From positions 630,048-694,047 of the forward strand of contig MU057947.1 of assembly GCA_013265495.1 (NCBI GenBank): a DNA stretch of 64,000 nucleotides, written 5' to 3'. Positions 60,241 to 64,000 of this stretch are shown here, in pieces (the stretch's first letter is position 1; every line of letters starts with the position of its first letter). Under the pieces are notes generated by a model. It was given only the letters and a program-made list of their open reading frames with translations, was not told the DNA's origin and searched no databases. A program made the translations under genes and the position numbers. The stretch is from Vicugna vicugna (lineage: Eukaryota).

Positions 60241-62930
60241 GGAAACCTAGAGGGGAGCTTGGACACCATGTGCCCTTTAAATGTCAACGAACCAACCTGA
60301 CCCGATACTGCCACACCATCAAAGCACCGGATACGCTTCCAGGAATGAACCGAGGACACAGGAGCACACAGGTGGAAGGACACAGGGGTCCGCCTCCCAC
60401 CCCCTTACCCTGAACTCTGGTGTGCTGTCCTGGGCCTGAGAGCCCTCGGAAGGTTGGAAACCTGTCAAATAGCTGTGACCCGTGCACAGACAGCAGGCTC
60501 GGTGCGGTGGCAGGGATCCTACGGACACGGCACTGCTCCCTGTGCTCAGGGAGGGGGCAGGCCGAGTCTGTGGCCCCCGCACAGTGATCAAGGTGCTCCC
60601 CTCGGCCTGGCCTTGAGGACAGACGGGGCCCTGACGCACCTGTGCACCTGCGCGTGCCCTGGCTGCAGGTGGCTGTGCAGAGCCCTGAGGCCTGGGCAGC
60701 TGATGGATGGCCCATCATCAGGAAACCACACCCCATAACAAAGGTTACCCCCAAAAAACAACTCACCCCAAGAACTCTGAATACGGTGCTCTCCAACACT
60801 GGTTTTTGGATTTAGTCTGGTTTTGCACAGGTCCCGGGTGGAGGCACTGACTCTGAGAGCTGCTTAGACTAATCAATGCATTTGCTCCCTCCAGGGTGAA
60901 ACTGAGGTTTCAGATGCATTTATAGGACAGTGTGCTTCATTGCTAAATATTGCGTTTTTTGAGCTGTTTTGCCTAATATATTGCCTGATGATGTGCAAAG
61001 GGACAAACGGTTTGCCATGAAAAACTGACAGTGAAGCTGAAAGTGTTTGATAAACTCAGTGCTTACATGTGGGCGTAGACACGATGCTTTTATCACACCG
61101 TGCTTTCTCACTTGGGGAGAAAGCTGCTCTGTGGTCTGGCGGCCGGCCGTCCAAGTGGCTCTCGAGGCTGGGGCTCGGGTGATGGCCCGGGAGAGGCGCC
61201 GTGGGGTCTGGGAGCTGTCCTGTCTCCAGCGCAGTTTGCACACGCCTCTCGCTGTATTTCTGCAGGTTTAGTGAGTCCCGGGCTGCTCTGGAAAACCCAG
61301 GCAGCATCCTGTCCCTGGGCCACAACGCGGGCAAGAAAGCACGGCAGCTTAGTGCTCTCGGAGGAGGCCAGACCCCGGCCTCTGCGTCCTCCAGCACCGG
61401 CGGCCGGTTTTTTCTCTGCTGCTTTTCCAGGATCTCTTTTGCTCGAAGTTACTACCAGGCTGCTTGCTCTTCTTTTTTCTTCTTCTTTTTTTTTTTTTTA
61501 AGTTGGGCACAACAACAGCAGTCATAGCGATTAGCAGTTTGATTTCAAAACACTTTCTGAAGAAATCACAGTAAACAGAGTCTGTTTGCCTAAGGAAACC
61601 CTGGCAGCCGTCAGCCAGCCACACCGCGGTATGTGCTAATGAACCCAAAGCTGTTAATGTGGTTTCTTCAGTTAAATTGATTCATGAATTTTGAAGAGAA
61701 CATTATCTAATGAATTTTCTTTGAATAGAAAGCAATTAAAAGGACAAATCAGTCTGATTAACCCCAAAGTCACCCTCCTGCCACAAATGGTGTACAGTTT
61801 GAAATTATATCATAGAAAACTAGAGCGCGTTTGCTGTCTCTCTGCCCTCTGCTAATCCAAGTAAATTAATGAACAACAAAGTCAATTTCTTCGCTGGCCC
61901 TTTTCTAGTATCACCTGGATTATGCTGATGTTTAATTTGCTTAATGTTATAATAACGACTAAACAGATTTTTTTTCCCGGTGAAGTGATTATCGTTCCCT
62001 TCAGTTACGAAGTGATTTTTACTATTTAAACACGCGTGTAAGGGTGTGTTTCCTTTAAGAACCAACCTGCACTTTGCCAACTTGGCACCGGTGTAACTAG
62101 TGCCCTCTGGACACTCTCTGGAACACCGCTCCTCCCGTAGGGGCCGTCCCTTTGTCGCTGACATCGGGACCCCCTGCCCCGCCCCGTGGGAGACGCAGCT
62201 GCAAGTCCAGTGGGTCCCCTTTGGAAAGACAATAGGTGTCAATCCCCACCCGCCTCCTTCACGGCTGGAGTCTCTCCTGCAACCTCCACGCCCAGGAAAC
62301 GGCTCCAAACCTGGAGCCGTCACCTCCTGGTTCCTGCAGCAGGAATGAAGAGCAAATGCAGTTTGATGTGGTTAGTCAATCAAAACGGGAATAAAGGTAT
62401 TTCATCTTTGCAGCCCTGCTCATTACAGAGGCCTGTAGCCAAGGGCACCGCCAGCCCGTGTACCATGGTGTTTGGCATTCCAGGCCTGCTCGCCGTGGGG
62501 CGTGGACTGCCAGCATAGTACCACAGCCTGGCCCCTGGCTGTGGCTTCATCCTCCTGTGTCCCTGCTGAAGTGGGAAATTAACCAGCAGCACAGAAGCTT
62601 CCAAAGTCGGCATGCAGGCAGGGCCTCGTGTGCTGATGGGCTGAACTGCGCGCTGATCTGTACCCGCCCGGGTCCTGCGTGGAGCTCAGGGAGGACGGGA
62701 GGAGGGTGCAGATGGTGATGCATCGATGGGGGATGCCGGCGAAGGGGCCAGCCTCACGCCTGTCCCTCCTTGTTGGGGGCTTGGTGACAGGCTGCGTGTG
62801 GCGCTGGGCTCTAACTGGGGTGACCCCGCTCTGTGTGGCTGTGCTTCCTCTCTCAGGACTGGCAGCTATTTATAGCCGAGCTGTTGGAGCTGTTTGTCCA
62901 AATAACGTCATTCTGCATTCTGCCTTTCAG

Positions 62931-63070
62931 ATTCCTTCACCAGGCAGGTGTTATGGAAGCTGCTGAAGGCTGTGAAATTCGGAGAAACGGTTTCTTACCA
63001 GCAATTAGCAGCCCTGGCAGGCAAGCCCAAGGCCGCGCGGGCCGTGGGAGGAGCAATGAGAAGCAATCCT
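62931..63070 (+). CDS. MGMT: MGMT internal coding exon (human exon 4 equivalent), DNA-binding helix-turn-helix
   Basis: Acceptor tctgcctttcag ends at 62930; donor cct|gtgagt starts at 63071. 140 nt. G|AT completes Asp in frame with the upstream exon: [47 protein letters not shown], retaining the Tyr114, Arg128-finger (cgg, 63038-63040) and Asn137 equivalents. Confidence 0.98.
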
Positions 63071-64000
63071 GTGAGTTGGCATCCCCGTGGGTCACGGTGG
63101 CCGCGGTCGGCGGGTGGGCCTGGGCCTGGCACTCAGGGGGGGTCCAAGTGGTGTTTGCATCAGCGTGTTTGGGAGGCAACTGGGCTGCAGTGGGCGGGGC
63201 GGAGAGGAAGCAGCGCTGATAGCGTGGGCGGCACTGGTGGGTCCCCCCACTGTTTTGGTGAAGGAGGAAGGGAATCTTTCCCACCCCTCCACCAGCCCCA
63301 CCCCCACAGTGTCTGTCAGAACCACGGAGTGGCTGGTCACAAGAGCTCAGGGCGGCGAGCCTGGAGTGGTGCCGAGCAGACACCCGACAGTGATTCGACA
63401 GCAGTGCCGAGGGTGCCAGACCCTCTCCAGGTGCCGGGAGAACAGACAGAAAGGGCCATCCATGTGGAACCTGCACTCTGGAAAGACGCACGTGCTGGGG
63501 ACACACCCCCATTCCCAGGGGCTTCACTCTGTTAGGAGGTCCAGGCCATGGGCCTTGGGGCCTGGCACCTCACCATCTTCCAGCCTGTCTCCCTGGGAGT
63601 AGTTCTTTCCCCGGGCTCCTCCATGTCCTGGTCCCTCCTGTGCGTCTGCAGTCAGGTCTTGCTGAGAGCAAAGCTCACACACCCCAGAGGCCATCTCCCC
63701 GGAGGACAGGGCCAGGCCTGTCTTACCCAGGAAGGCAGAGGTCGCCTCTGCTCCCCAACACGCTGTGCGTGGTCTGCGGGCTGTCCAGGTTCGGGAAGGA
63801 AGTCAGTATGATTAGAGGGGAGGCGATGATGGGGGCCTGGCCAAGGCCATACGTGCCTCTGGATCCTGCGGGTGGGCAGGAGGGTGCCCTTGTCCACCCA
63901 GCAGCTTGGCCCGTGGGGAGACCCCACACGCCTGCATGGGGCCCTGGAACATTCCCAGTCTCACTAGCCCCCAGTGCCTGCCAGGGCCTGCTGTCGCGTT

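Larger units (their letters stand above)
1..64000 (+). other. MGMT: MGMT gene body (partial): 3' part of intron 2, exon 3, intron 3 (34093-62930), exon 4, start of intron 4
   Basis: Two MGMT exons in the correct order and phase on the + strand. No other coding exons recognised. Exon numbering follows human MGMT. Confidence 0.93.

Noticed and set aside
62948..63535. 195-aa ORF as a stand-alone MGMT-like gene
   Set aside because: MGMT similarity ends at the GT donor (63071). The remainder is intron read-through and lacks the PCHR active site.
1..64000. Prokaryote-type systems (CRISPR array, operon, defence island) or a novel gene system
   Set aside because: No regularly spaced repeats or dense coding. 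The sequence is explained as mammalian MGMT intron/exon DNA with interspersed repeats.

Overview
Mammalian genomic DNA, most likely a camelid (camel, alpaca or llama). The evidence is a tRNA-Ala-derived Vic-1-like SINE and cetartiodactyl-type L1 3' ends; I saw no Alu, BovB, Bov-tA or PRE-1. The whole window lies inside the + strand MGMT gene (O6-methylguanine-DNA methyltransferase). It holds two internal coding exons, 33932-34092 (161 nt) and 62931-63070 (140 nt), which match human exons 3 and 4. They splice in frame across a 28,838-nt intron to give ...[23 protein letters not shown]...[13 protein letters not shown]. The start-codon exon and the PCHR active-site exon lie outside the window. 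The rest is GC/CpG-rich intron with L1 fragments of several ages, a fossil hAT/Charlie transposase, MER58- and MER63-like DNA transposons, MIR, L2, an MLT1 LTR and microsatellites. It also contains a series of AT-rich, motif-dense, non-repeat islands that are candidate enhancers of the neighbouring EBF3 regulatory block. I found no convincing new gene or novel biological system; nearly all six-frame ORFs are chance ORFs in GC-rich intron. The best second-look items are an internally inverted L1, the nested transposase fossil, a recurrent T-box/homeodomain composite motif (including an inverted pair) and an Asn123-equivalent-to-Lys change in the MGMT helix-turn-helix. Repeat subfamily names and orthologue comparisons are from memory and were not searched.
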